The translations under genes were made by a program, and so were the position numbers. DNA of 37,654 bases from Minisyncoccota bacterium (lineage in GTDB: Bacteria; Patescibacteriota; Minisyncoccia; Minisyncoccales; PWPS01). The stretch is from positions 1 through 37,654 of the forward strand of contig JAIPIL010000002.1 in assembly GCA_021734685.1 (NCBI GenBank), written 5' to 3'. The stretch's first letter is position 1. The number at the start of each line of letters is the position of its first letter. Shown here piece after piece: positions 24,987 to 33,608 of this stretch. The notes under the pieces are model-generated. The model saw nothing but the letters and a program-made list of their open reading frames with translations. It had not been told where the DNA came from and did not search any database.

Positions 24987-26600
24987 ATGTTAAAAAAAAT
25001 AACCATAATCCTACTAATCCTAGTCTTAATCTCTGCCGGAGTTGCTTACTTTTATTACCAAAGAAACATCTTCGGACAAGACAAAGTTCACTTTGAACTA
25101 ACTGCATCGGAAGATGTAATTACTGGAGAAGAGATGGAGTACACCGTGAGATACAAAAACAACAGTGATACTCGCCTAGAAGAATTTCTTCTTGTTTTTG
25201 AGTATCCTGAAAACTCACTTCCCGTTGAAGATGAAGAAGAAGATGAAAACATAATAAAACGCGGTGATTTTAGAAGAGAAATAAATGTAGGAGAGTTAAA
25301 CCCAGGGGAAGAAAAAATGGTTATCTTTAAAGCACTTCCTTTTGGAAAAGTAGATGATTCTTTAGAAGCAAAAGCGTGGATTAGTTATGTTCCTAAAAAT
25401 CTCACCTCTAAATATGAAGTAAACCGAGAACACACTTCCTTTATAGACAGCGTTCCGATTGATTTTGAGATTCAAATGCCATCAACCGTTGATCCAAGCA
25501 GAGAAGAAAGTATCCGCTTACTTTTTTCCTCTGACATAGAACAACCCTTGACTGACATAGAAGTAAAAGTTGAGTATCCAGAAAATTTTTACTTGATAAG
25601 AAGCACTCCAAAAACCGATGCCGATGAAAACGATTTTTGGAGATTGCCAGTACTAAACAAAGGAGATGACGGGGCAATAGATATAGACGGCCGTTTTGAA
25701 GGAGAGTCAGGAGATGTAAAGATAGTCCGAGCAACGCTCGGAGTATGGATAAACGACAACTTTATTGTTCTAAAAGAAGCATCAGAAGGAACTTCTATCT
25801 CGCAGAGCAGTCTTCTTTTCACAATTCTAATGAACGGAAAAGATGAGTATGTTGCCTCTCCAGGAGAGTTTGTTCACTACGAGATATTCTTCCGAAACAT
25901 CGGCCAAGAAACACTAAAAGATCTCTTTCTTCTCGTTGATCTGGACAAAACAACAATTGATCTTGATAAAGTAGAGCCGATGAACGGAAGATATCAAGAA
26001 GACAGAGATATAATAATATGGAGCCATGTTTTTAATTCTGAACTTCAATCACTAAGAGAAGACGAAGAAGGGAAAGTTGAGTTCTGGGTTGAGATAAAGA
26101 AAGATCTTCCGTTTGAGCCAGAAGTAGAGATAAAAGCAACAATGGAGAAAGCAATGAAAGAGATGGTTGCTTTAATAAACACAACCATTGAACTTAAACA
26201 AGAGATTACTACCGACTATCCTGAAAAAGACGGAAAGTCAACATTTAGCGCAAAGTGGGAGTTTGAAAGTTTGTTCAACGACATAGAAGATGTGAAGTTA
26301 GAAACAGAACTGAGCCGGTTTGCAACAATTGAAAAAGAGCAACTACCAGAAGGAGTAGAGCTTTCCTTTAACTCAATAACAAAAGAAGTAGAAATAACAG
26401 TTGACGAAGTACAAGCAAGAGAAAAAATAGAGATAGTACTTGAGATAGAGATGGATCCATCAAGAGAACTAACCGAAGAAGACACCCTAATCCACGAAAC
26501 AGTACTATCAGCAAAAGACAAACACACAAAACAACCAATAGCAGAAACAACAAAAGCAATAAAAATGCCAACAGAAGAAACCACAGAAGAAGAGGAGTAA
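24987..26600 (+). CDS. Hypothetical membrane-anchored, highly acidic extracellular protein
   Basis: 537 aa, N-terminal TM (ITIILLILVLISAGVAYFYY), then an E/D-rich beta-like sequence. Adjacent to a pilin. No family recognised. Confidence 0.7.
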   Translation: MLKKITIILLILVLISAGVAYFYYQRNIFGQDKVHFELTASEDVITGEEMEYTVRYKNNSDTRLEEFLLVFEYPENSLPVEDEEEDENIIKRGDFRREINVGELNPGEEKMVIFKALPFGKVDDSLEAKAWISYVPKNLTSKYEVNREHTSFIDSVPIDFEIQMPSTVDPSREESIRLLFSSDIEQPLTDIEVKVEYPENFYLIRSTPKTDADENDFWRLPVLNKGDDGAIDIDGRFEGESGDVKIVRATLGVWINDNFIVLKEASEGTSISQSSLLFTILMNGKDEYVASPGEFVHYEIFFRNIGQETLKDLFLLVDLDKTTIDLDKVEPMNGRYQEDRDIIIWSHVFNSELQSLREDEEGKVEFWVEIKKDLPFEPEVEIKATMEKAMKEMVALINTTIELKQEITTDYPEKDGKSTFSAKWEFESLFNDIEDVKLETELSRFATIEKEQLPEGVELSFNSITKEVEITVDEVQAREKIEIVLEIEMDPSRELTEEDTLIHETVLSAKDKHTKQPIAETTKAIKMPTEETTEEEE

Positions 26601-26809
26601 TTTTCAATTTCAAACCCCCGTCATTCTGAAGGAGTGAAACGACTGAAGAATCCCATCATTCTTGTAAAAGCCATGAGATTCTTCGCTTCGCTCAGAATGA
26701 CGATGGAGTGTCATTGCCGCCCCCCCCCACTTGTCATTCCCAGCTTGACTGGGAATCCAGTCATCCGTGTTCATCCGTGTTCACATCCGTGTAAATCCGT
26801 GTGTTTAAT
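26601..26809 (+). repeat. Composite repeat mosaic
   Basis: Short inverted TTGAAAA remnant 26601-26614; PAL-B 26620-26701; degenerate half-site 26710-26718; HP-A CAG variant 26733-26760; CCGTGTTCA array 26761-26809. Confidence 0.9.
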
Positions 26810-26819
26810 AAAAAAAATT

Positions 26820-28067
26820 ATGAAAAAAACCCTCCCAAACAATCTCCGCATCCTAACCCTCCCTCTTGAAAACACCCGTGTTGCCACGGTGTTTGTTTTA
26901 GTTAAAACTGGTTCAAAATACGAACAGAAAGAAACCTCCGGAATATCACACTTTGTGGAACATATGCTCTTCAAAGGAACAGAAAAAAGAAAAACCCCTC
27001 TTGAAGTCGCGGAAGAGTTAGACAAAGTAGGTGGAGTTTACAACGCCTTCACCGGCGAAGAGTACACCGGCTACTACGCAAAAGTTAATGTTGATAAGTT
27101 CTCCCTAGCCCTTAACTGGGTCTCAGACATCTACCTAAACTCCCTTCTCCCAGAAAAAGAGGTGGAGAAAGAAAAAGGAGTAATCAAAGAAGAGATAAAT
27201 ATGTACTTTGATAATCCGATGGCCCACTGTGAACTTCTCTTCCAAGAGCTTCTTTACGGTGACCAACCAGCAGGATGGAACATCGCAGGAACAAAAGAAA
27301 CTGTATCAGCAACCACTCGCAAAGATCTCTTAACTTATATGGAATCACAGTATAAGGCGGAAAATACGGTAGTCGTTGTTGCCGGAAACATAAACAAAGA
27401 AAAAGTGGAAGAAGAAGTGGCACAGGCGTTCTCCACAATCAAGACGGGCACCCCTAGAAAAGCACACCCCGTAGTGGAAAACCAAGAAGGACCAGCAGTC
27501 CTAAACTTCTACAAAGAAACTGATCAAACGCACCTCATCTTAGGAGCAAGAGCATTCAATATGTTCAGCGAACACCGCTACTCCCAAGAAGTGCTTGCTT
27601 CAATCTTAGGAGGAATGATGAGCTCTCGCTTGTTCTCAAAGATAAGGGAAGAGATGGGACTTGCTTACTACATTAAAACAAGCATTGATGACAACCCCGA
27701 CACCGGCGTTTTATACACAAGAGCAGGAGTTGAAAACAGCAAAACCGAAGACGCCGTAAAAGCAATAATGAACGAGTATAAAAAAATAACCGAAGAAAAA
27801 GTAACCGAAAAAGAACTAACAAAAACCAAAGAACACATAAAAGGAAAAACCGCAATAAGTCTTGAATCATCAGACTCGTTAGCCTACTTCCACGCAGTAA
27901 ACGAACTCCTAGAAAACAGAACATACACCCCCGAAGAGATCTTCAAAGCAATAGACAGCGTAACCGCAGAACAGATCCAACAAACAGCAAAAAAAATCTT
28001 CCAACCAAAAAACCTAAACCTAGTGGTATTAGGACCACACAAAAAAACAACCCTCCCGTCATTCTGA
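26820..28067 (+). CDS. M16-family (pitrilysin/insulinase-like) zinc peptidase
   Basis: HxxEH zinc motif in SHFVEHMLFKGT. The track start 26634 lies inside PAL-B; ATG 26820 (MKKTLPNNLRILTLPLEN) is preferred. The TGA stop lies inside a PAL-B arm. Confidence 0.9.
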   Translation: MKKTLPNNLRILTLPLENTRVATVFVLVKTGSKYEQKETSGISHFVEHMLFKGTEKRKTPLEVAEELDKVGGVYNAFTGEEYTGYYAKVNVDKFSLALNWVSDIYLNSLLPEKEVEKEKGVIKEEINMYFDNPMAHCELLFQELLYGDQPAGWNIAGTKETVSATTRKDLLTYMESQYKAENTVVVVAGNINKEKVEEEVAQAFSTIKTGTPRKAHPVVENQEGPAVLNFYKETDQTHLILGARAFNMFSEHRYSQEVLASILGGMMSSRLFSKIREEMGLAYYIKTSIDDNPDTGVLYTRAGVENSKTEDAVKAIMNEYKKITEEKVTEKELTKTKEHIKGKTAISLESSDSLAYFHAVNELLENRTYTPEEIFKAIDSVTAEQIQQTAKKIFQPKNLNLVVLGPHKKTTLPSF

Positions 28068-28380
28068 ACGAAGCGAAGCGTAGTGAAGAATCCCAACGAG
28101 AATTTTCAATTTTCAATTTGACAATTTTCAATAAATGACCAAATTTCCAAATGATTTAATTTTAAAACAACCATCTGTCATTCTGAAGGAGTGAAACGAC
28201 TGAAGAATCCCATCATCCTTGCAGAAACCATGAGATTCTTCGCTTCGCTCAGAATGACGGCGGAGTGCCATTCTCACCCCCTCCCTGTCATTCCCGCGAA
28301 AGCGGGAATCCAGAAACCAGTTTTGAAAATTAAAAAATTGAAAATTCATTGAAAATTGAAAATTGCCAAATTGAAAATTA
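28058..28380 (+). repeat. Composite palindromic mosaic
   Basis: Single PAL-B arm GTCATTCTGAACGAAGCGAAGCGTAGTGAAGAATCCC 28058-28094; inverted TTGAAAA array plus ATGACCAA 28098-28176; PAL-B 28177-28258; HP-A 28287-28313; TTGAAAA array 28321-28380. Confidence 0.9.
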
Positions 28381-28423
28381 AAACAAATTTGTCATTTCAA
28401 ATTTTTTATATATAATAAAAACA

Positions 28424-29440
28424 ATGCAAGAAAAAGCACCAAAAAACACCCTAGATCTCTCTTGGGGCGCTATAATTAAAATAGTTCTTGCTATTTTAGG
28501 CATCTACCTCATCTACCAGATATCAGAAATCTTGGTGTGGATTGTTTTTGCTTTTGTCATATCAATTCTTTTCAGCCCACTTGTGGAGTGGTTGAGAAAG
28601 ATAAAAATCCCCCGAAGCATCTCCGTAATAGTAGTTTACACTGGTTTTTTCGGACTAATCTCTCTCTTCGCATACTTAACCGTTCCGGTTCTGTACTCAG
28701 AGATGAAAACTCTTGCCACCGAGATTCCAAAACACATTGAAACAATCTCTCCATACTTGAAGTATATCGGTTTTGAAGCAGGGGAAACAATGGAAGATTT
28801 TACCGCAGTCTTCTTTGAATCGTTTGAAAAAATTATGGCAAATGTGTTCAGTTTTCTTGCGGTGATGTTCGGAGGGTTCTTCTCCGCAGCATTTATTATC
28901 ATCTTGGCGTTCTTCATCTCTCTTGAAGGAAACACCGTAGAAAAGGGAATAGAAGTGTTAGTCCGAGAGGACAACAAAAAAAGAGTTTTATCTCTATGGG
29001 AAAGGTGCCGTAGTCAAGTTAGTAAGTGGTTCTTGATACGACTACTCGCCGGAACATTTGTTGGACTTGCCTCATACATCGCTTTCTACTTCCTCGGCGT
29101 TGAGTATGCTCTTCTGTTCGCAGTAATCGGAGGAATACTAAACATCATCCCTTACATCGGACCAGTATTTGCCGGACTAGTATTCTCTGCGATTCTTATT
29201 CTAACCAATCCCGTTCAAGCATTTTTCGTAATAATCGCCTTCACCGTAATTCAAACAATAGAAAGCGCAGTAACTCCTTACCTCTCCGAAAAAATAATGG
29301 GAGTAAGCTCAGTCTTAGTTCTAATAGCAATAACCATCGGCGGATCCCTCTGGGGAGCCCTAGGAGCAATCCTAGCAATCCCCCTACTAGGAATAATCTT
29401 CGAATTCACAAAAGCATACCTAGAAAAAAGAAAGAAGTAA
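28424..29440 (+). CDS. AI-2E family transporter (PerM/UPF0118)
   Basis: 338 aa polytopic membrane protein with a ...GGILNIIPYIGPV... signature. Confidence 0.85.
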   Translation: MQEKAPKNTLDLSWGAIIKIVLAILGIYLIYQISEILVWIVFAFVISILFSPLVEWLRKIKIPRSISVIVVYTGFFGLISLFAYLTVPVLYSEMKTLATEIPKHIETISPYLKYIGFEAGETMEDFTAVFFESFEKIMANVFSFLAVMFGGFFSAAFIIILAFFISLEGNTVEKGIEVLVREDNKKRVLSLWERCRSQVSKWFLIRLLAGTFVGLASYIAFYFLGVEYALLFAVIGGILNIIPYIGPVFAGLVFSAILILTNPVQAFFVIIAFTVIQTIESAVTPYLSEKIMGVSSVLVLIAITIGGSLWGALGAILAIPLLGIIFEFTKAYLEKRKK

Positions 29441-29581
29441 CAAAAATTTTCAATTTGGCAATTTTCAATTTTCAATAAATTTTCAAATGACCAAATTTCC
29501 AAACAATAAAAACAATTCCCAGCGCCTCAATTGTCATTCCCAGCGTCTCAATTGTCATTCCCAGCTTGACTGGGAATCCAG
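29441..29581 (+). repeat. Repeat mosaic forming the left flank of the GIY-YIG gene
   Basis: Inverted TTGAAAA array plus ATGACCAA 29441-29513; two ATTCCCAGCG(C/T)CTCAATTGTC units 29514-29553; HP-A CAG variant 29554-29581. Confidence 0.9.
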
Positions 29582-29894
29582 TAAACCGTCACCATGAAAA
29601 CATACTACGTTTACATTATGGCAAGCAAAAGAAACGGCACCCTTTATATCGGAGTAACCAATGACTTGGAAAGAAGAATATACGAACACAAAAATAATAT
29701 TATAAAAGGATTCACAGAAAAATATAAAGTTCATTATCTTGTATATTACGAAGAAACAAGTGATATAAAAACAGCAATAGAAAGAGAAAAACAAATAAAA
29801 AAATGGAACAGAAAATGGAAGTTAGAATTAATTGAAAAAGAAAATAAAGAGTGGGTAGATTTAACTACTGGATTCCCGCTTTCGCGGGAATGAC
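29554..29894 (+). mobile_element. Candidate REPtron-like cassette: GIY-YIG gene between inverted HP-A hairpins
   Basis: Left HP-A (forward) 29554-29581, right HP-A (inverted, exact consensus) 29868-29894. 341 bp in total. Confidence 0.4.
29594..29893 (+). CDS. Small stand-alone GIY-YIG nuclease family protein (COG2827/UPF0213-like)
   Basis: 99 aa. YYVYIMASKRNGTLYIGVTNDLERRIYEH...KQIKKWNRKWK is the GIY...YIG...R...E core. The last 8 codons and the TGA lie in an inverted HP-A copy. Confidence 0.9.
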   Translation: MKTYYVYIMASKRNGTLYIGVTNDLERRIYEHKNNIIKGFTEKYKVHYLVYYEETSDIKTAIEREKQIKKWNRKWKLELIEKENKEWVDLTTGFPLSRE

Positions 29895-29931
29895 AAAAAG
29901 GTTTTTAAAATTCGTAATTCAAAATTAACTC

Positions 29932-31383
29932 ATGTTCATCACCACCAGCATCGCATACACCAACGCCCCGCCTCACATCGGGTTTGCTTTGGAACTTCTT
30001 CAGGCCGATGTTATTGCAAGATACAACCGTCAACAAAATGTTGCCGTTTATTTTTTAACTGGAACCGATGAGCACGGCCACAAGATTGCAAAGAAAGCGG
30101 AAGAAGAAGGAAAAACCCCCCAACAGTTTGTTGACGAGATAACTGAAAAATACAAACTACTAACTGAAAAACTAAACATCTCCAACGATGACTTTATCAG
30201 AACTACCGATCAAGAAAAACACTGGAAAGGAGTTTACAAGATGTGGAACAAGTTAAAAGAAAGTGGAGACATCTACAAAAAAAAGTATGAAGGACTATAC
30301 TGCGTCGGATGCGAAGCGTTCAAAAGAGAAAAAGAACTGGTTGACGGAAAGTGCCCTGACCACAACAAAGAACCAGAGTTAGTAAAGGAAGAGAACTACT
30401 TCTTCCGTCTCTCAAAATACGAAACCGAGATAAAAAAACTAATCCAAGGTGACACCTTGGAAGTTGTTCCCGAGGGAAGAAAGAAAGAGATTCTTAACTT
30501 TTTAGAGGAAGGATTGGAAGACATAAGTGTTTCAAGAAGCACAAAAATTTTGAAGTGGGGGATTCCCGTTCCTGATGATGACTCACAAGTTCTTTATGTC
30601 TGGGTTGACGCTCTAACAAACTACATCTCTGCCCTCGGATACGGAGAAAACGAAGAAAAACTTGAAAAGTACTGGCCAGCCGACATCCACTTCATCGGAA
30701 AAGACATCTTAAGATTTCACGCGGTAATCTGGATCGGAATGCTTCTTTCTGCAGGATTAAAAATTCCAAAGAAGATACTATCACACGGACACATAACCTC
30801 ACAAGGAAAAAAGATGTCAAAAACACTGGGAAATGTAGTTGACCCTTTCACTATAATAGAAAAGTACGGAGTAGATCCCGTCCGTTACTACCTCTTATCA
30901 GAAATCCCAACATTATCTGATGGAGATTTTTCAGAAAGCCGTTTCATAGAAAAATACAACGCCGACCTAGCCGACGGAGTAGGAAACCTAACCTCCCGAA
31001 TAATCTCCCTAGCCAAAAAACACCCCCCCGTCATTCTGAACGAAGCGAAGCGTAGTGAAGAATCCCATTATCCTTGCAAAAACCATGAGCTTATAGAGGA
31101 GCAGTACCACCAACTAATGAAAGAACTCAAAATCAGCGAAGCCATTGAAAAAATCTGGGAAGTAATCCACCTAACCGACAAGTACATAGAAGAAGAAAAA
31201 CCATGGGAAAAAAAAGAAAACTCCAAACAAGTAGTTGAAACCCTCTTCTCAACAATAAACAAAATCGCAGAAATGCTAACCCCAATCCTCCCCGAAACAG
31301 CCCAAAAAATAAAAAAACAAACAGAAACAAAACAAAAAACCGTATTATTCCCAAAACAACCATCTGTCATTCTGAAGGAGTGA
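29932..31383 (+). CDS. metG: Methionine--tRNA ligase (short form)
   Basis: 483 aa. N-terminal HIGH-type PPHIGF, KMSKTLGN, Cys knuckle CVGCEAF...CPDH. Carries an in-frame repeat insertion and a repeat-derived C-terminus. Confidence 0.95.
   Translation: MFITTSIAYTNAPPHIGFALELLQADVIARYNRQQNVAVYFLTGTDEHGHKIAKKAEEEGKTPQQFVDEITEKYKLLTEKLNISNDDFIRTTDQEKHWKGVYKMWNKLKESGDIYKKKYEGLYCVGCEAFKREKELVDGKCPDHNKEPELVKEENYFFRLSKYETEIKKLIQGDTLEVVPEGRKKEILNFLEEGLEDISVSRSTKILKWGIPVPDDDSQVLYVWVDALTNYISALGYGENEEKLEKYWPADIHFIGKDILRFHAVIWIGMLLSAGLKIPKKILSHGHITSQGKKMSKTLGNVVDPFTIIEKYGVDPVRYYLLSEIPTLSDGDFSESRFIEKYNADLADGVGNLTSRIISLAKKHPPVILNEAKRSEESHYPCKNHELIEEQYHQLMKELKISEAIEKIWEVIHLTDKYIEEEKPWEKKENSKQVVETLFSTINKIAEMLTPILPETAQKIKKQTETKQKTVLFPKQPSVILKE
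31030..31089 (+). repeat. PAL-B left arm plus loop inserted in frame inside metG
   Basis: GTCATTCTGAACGAAGCGAAGCGTAGTGAAGAATCCCATTATCCTTGCAAAAACCATGAG is 60 nt, or 20 codons (VILNEAKRSEESHYPCKNHE). The arm is identical to 28058-28094. Confidence 0.85.
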
Positions 31384-31570
31384 AACGACTGAAGAATCCC
31401 ATCATCCTTGCAGAAACCATGAGATTCTTCGCTCCGCTCAGAATGACGGCGGAGTGTCACTCCCACCCCCCCCTGTCATTCCCGCGAAAGCGGGAATCCA
31501 GTTTGTAATTTTGGACATTGTAATTTGTAATTTATTTGGAATTTGTAATTTTGAATTTGTAATTTAAATT
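31366..31570 (+). repeat. Composite repeat mosaic
   Basis: PAL-B 31366-31447 (contains the metG stop at 31381-31383); degenerate half-site 31456-31464; HP-A 31475-31501; TTTGTAA array 31502-31570. Confidence 0.9.
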
Positions 31571-31598
31571 TTGACTTTTCAAAATTATTAAATATACT
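31571..31598 (+). promoter_or_regulatory. Candidate promoter of pilB
   Basis: TTGACT 31571-31576, 16-nt spacer, TATACT 31593-31598. It shares AAATATACTTAAAAT with the pilin promoter at 34893-34908. Confidence 0.45.
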
Positions 31599-31638
31599 TA
31601 AAATTAAACAATAAAATTATTTATAAAACTCGCATCAT

Positions 31639-33339
31639 ATGTTAATTTCGGAGGAAAAACTAAGAAAACTATTATTAGAAGGTGGCTATATGAAAGAGAA
31701 CGATTTTGATATGACCCAGAAAGAAGCCGCTGGAAAAACAATTGATCTTCAAGAACTAATTGTAGAAAAAGGATTTATCCGAGACGAAACTCTCGGAAGA
31801 ATCGTTGCCGATGAAGCCGGTTACGACTACCTTGATCTAAAAAAAGCAGACATCGCAGACATAACAGACGAGATGCTCCAACACATCCCCGAAGTAGTTG
31901 CTGTTGCTCAAAAGATAGTCGTCTTCAAGGAAGAAGAAGAGTCTTTCAAAGTAGCAACTTGCCATCCTGACAACTATCCATTCTTTAAAGTATTAGAACA
32001 GAAAACCGGCAAGAAAGCCGAAGCTTACTACTCCACCCCTTTTGATATTCAGCAAGCCCTGAAGAGATATAAAGGAGATCTGATGACCGAAGTTAAACGC
32101 CTGATTAGAGAACTTGAAAAATCACCAACCGGAGCTGAAGAAAATGTGGTTGAGTTTGTAGACCTCATTATGGAGTATGCTCACTCCAACTTGGCATCTG
32201 ATGTTCATGTTGAACCACTCTCAGAGTTTGCAATTGTTAGGTTTAGAATAGATGGAATTTTACATAAAGTAGCTGAGTATCCAAAAAAACAACTTCACGA
32301 AAGAATATCATCAAGAATTAAAATTCTTGCAAAATTGCGAACCGATGAAAAATCCGCCGCTCAAGACGGTAGATTTAACTACAAAACAACTGGTGGATCA
32401 GTTGATGTTCGTGTTTCCATTATGCCCGCAACTGAAGGAGAAAATATTGTTATGCGTCTTCTTATTCAGAGAGGAAAAAGGTTTTCAATGGATGAACTTG
32501 GACTTCTTGATCACGACTTAAAGAAATTAAGAGCCGCGGTTCAGAAGCCCTACGGAATGGTGCTCTCGGTTGGACCAACTGGTAGTGGTAAAACGACTAC
32601 TCTCTACTCTGTTTTACAGACCCTAAACGAACCAGAAGTTAACATTATGACAATTGAAGATCCGGTTGAGTATGAAATAGAAGGAGTGCAACAAACCCAA
32701 GTTAATCACGCAAAAAACATCACTTTCCCAACCGGACTCCGAACTATTGTTCGTCAGGATCCAGATATCGTGATGGTTGGAGAGATCCGTGACGGTGAAA
32801 CAGTTGATATGGCGCTCAACTCTGCAATGACGGGGCACTTGGTTCTCTCAACAATGCATGCGAACGACGCCGCCACAACATTCCCTCGTTTCTTAGAGAT
32901 GGGAGCAGAGCCGTTCCTTGTGGCTTCTTCTGTTAATGTTGCGATCGCCCAAAGATTGGTAAGACAGGTCTGCCCTGACTGTAAAGAAAGTTATCACCTT
33001 AGCGAAGAACAGATAACTACTCTCAAAGAAGAAGAGGAAGGACTTGTAAGTATGATAAAAGAAATTGCCGGAGAAAAAGAGATGAAAGACATTACTTTTT
33101 ATCGCGGAAAAGGGTGCAAGTTCTGTAACGAAACAGGGTACCTATCAAGAACCGCAATCTTTGAAGTGTTAGAAGTAACCGAAGAGATAAGAAACTTAAT
33201 TGTCCAAAAAGAATCCTCCGAGATAATAAGAAGAAAAGCAATGGAACAAGGAATGTCAACAATGATGCAAGACGGAGTAGCAAAAGCCCTAAAAGGAAAA
33301 ACAACCCTAGAAGAAATAAGAAAAGTAGCGAAAACCTAA
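31639..33339 (+). CDS. pilB: Type IV pilus / type II secretion assembly ATPase (PilB/GspE family)
   Basis: 566 aa. Walker A GPTGSGKTTT, Asp box, Walker B VMVGEIRD, His box, tetracysteine CPDC...CKFC. Confidence 0.92.
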   Translation: MLISEEKLRKLLLEGGYMKENDFDMTQKEAAGKTIDLQELIVEKGFIRDETLGRIVADEAGYDYLDLKKADIADITDEMLQHIPEVVAVAQKIVVFKEEEESFKVATCHPDNYPFFKVLEQKTGKKAEAYYSTPFDIQQALKRYKGDLMTEVKRLIRELEKSPTGAEENVVEFVDLIMEYAHSNLASDVHVEPLSEFAIVRFRIDGILHKVAEYPKKQLHERISSRIKILAKLRTDEKSAAQDGRFNYKTTGGSVDVRVSIMPATEGENIVMRLLIQRGKRFSMDELGLLDHDLKKLRAAVQKPYGMVLSVGPTGSGKTTTLYSVLQTLNEPEVNIMTIEDPVEYEIEGVQQTQVNHAKNITFPTGLRTIVRQDPDIVMVGEIRDGETVDMALNSAMTGHLVLSTMHANDAATTFPRFLEMGAEPFLVASSVNVAIAQRLVRQVCPDCKESYHLSEEQITTLKEEEEGLVSMIKEIAGEKEMKDITFYRGKGCKFCNETGYLSRTAIFEVLEVTEEIRNLIVQKESSEIIRRKAMEQGMSTMMQDGVAKALKGKTTLEEIRKVAKT

Positions 33340-33604
33340 CAAAAATTTTCAATTTTCAATTTGACAATTTTCAATGAATGACCAAATTTCCAAATGACCA
33401 AAACAACCATTCCTGTCATTCTGAAGGAGCGAAGCGACTGAAGAATCCCATCATCCTTGCAGAAACCATGAGATTCTTCGCTCCGCTCAGAATGACGGCG
33501 GAGTGTCATTCCCACCCCCTCACCTGTCATTCCCGCGAAAGCGGGAATCCAGAAACCAGTTTTGAAAATTAGAAAATTGAAAATTGCCAAATTGAAAATT
33601 AAAC
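33340..33604 (+). repeat. 265-nt composite palindromic mosaic between pilB and pilC
   Basis: Inverted TTGAAAA array plus ATGACCAA 33340-33414; PAL-B 33415-33496; half-site 33505-33513; HP-A 33526-33552; TTGAAAA array 33553-33604. Confidence 0.9.
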
Positions 33605-33608
33605 ATCC

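Noticed and set aside
10438-31383. Possible UGA recoding (code 25, as in some CPR lineages)
   Set aside because: TGA terminates several well-conserved genes at the expected C-termini (receiver gene, ruvA, murE, argS, M16, GIY-YIG, metG), and no conserved ORF needs in-frame TGA read-through.
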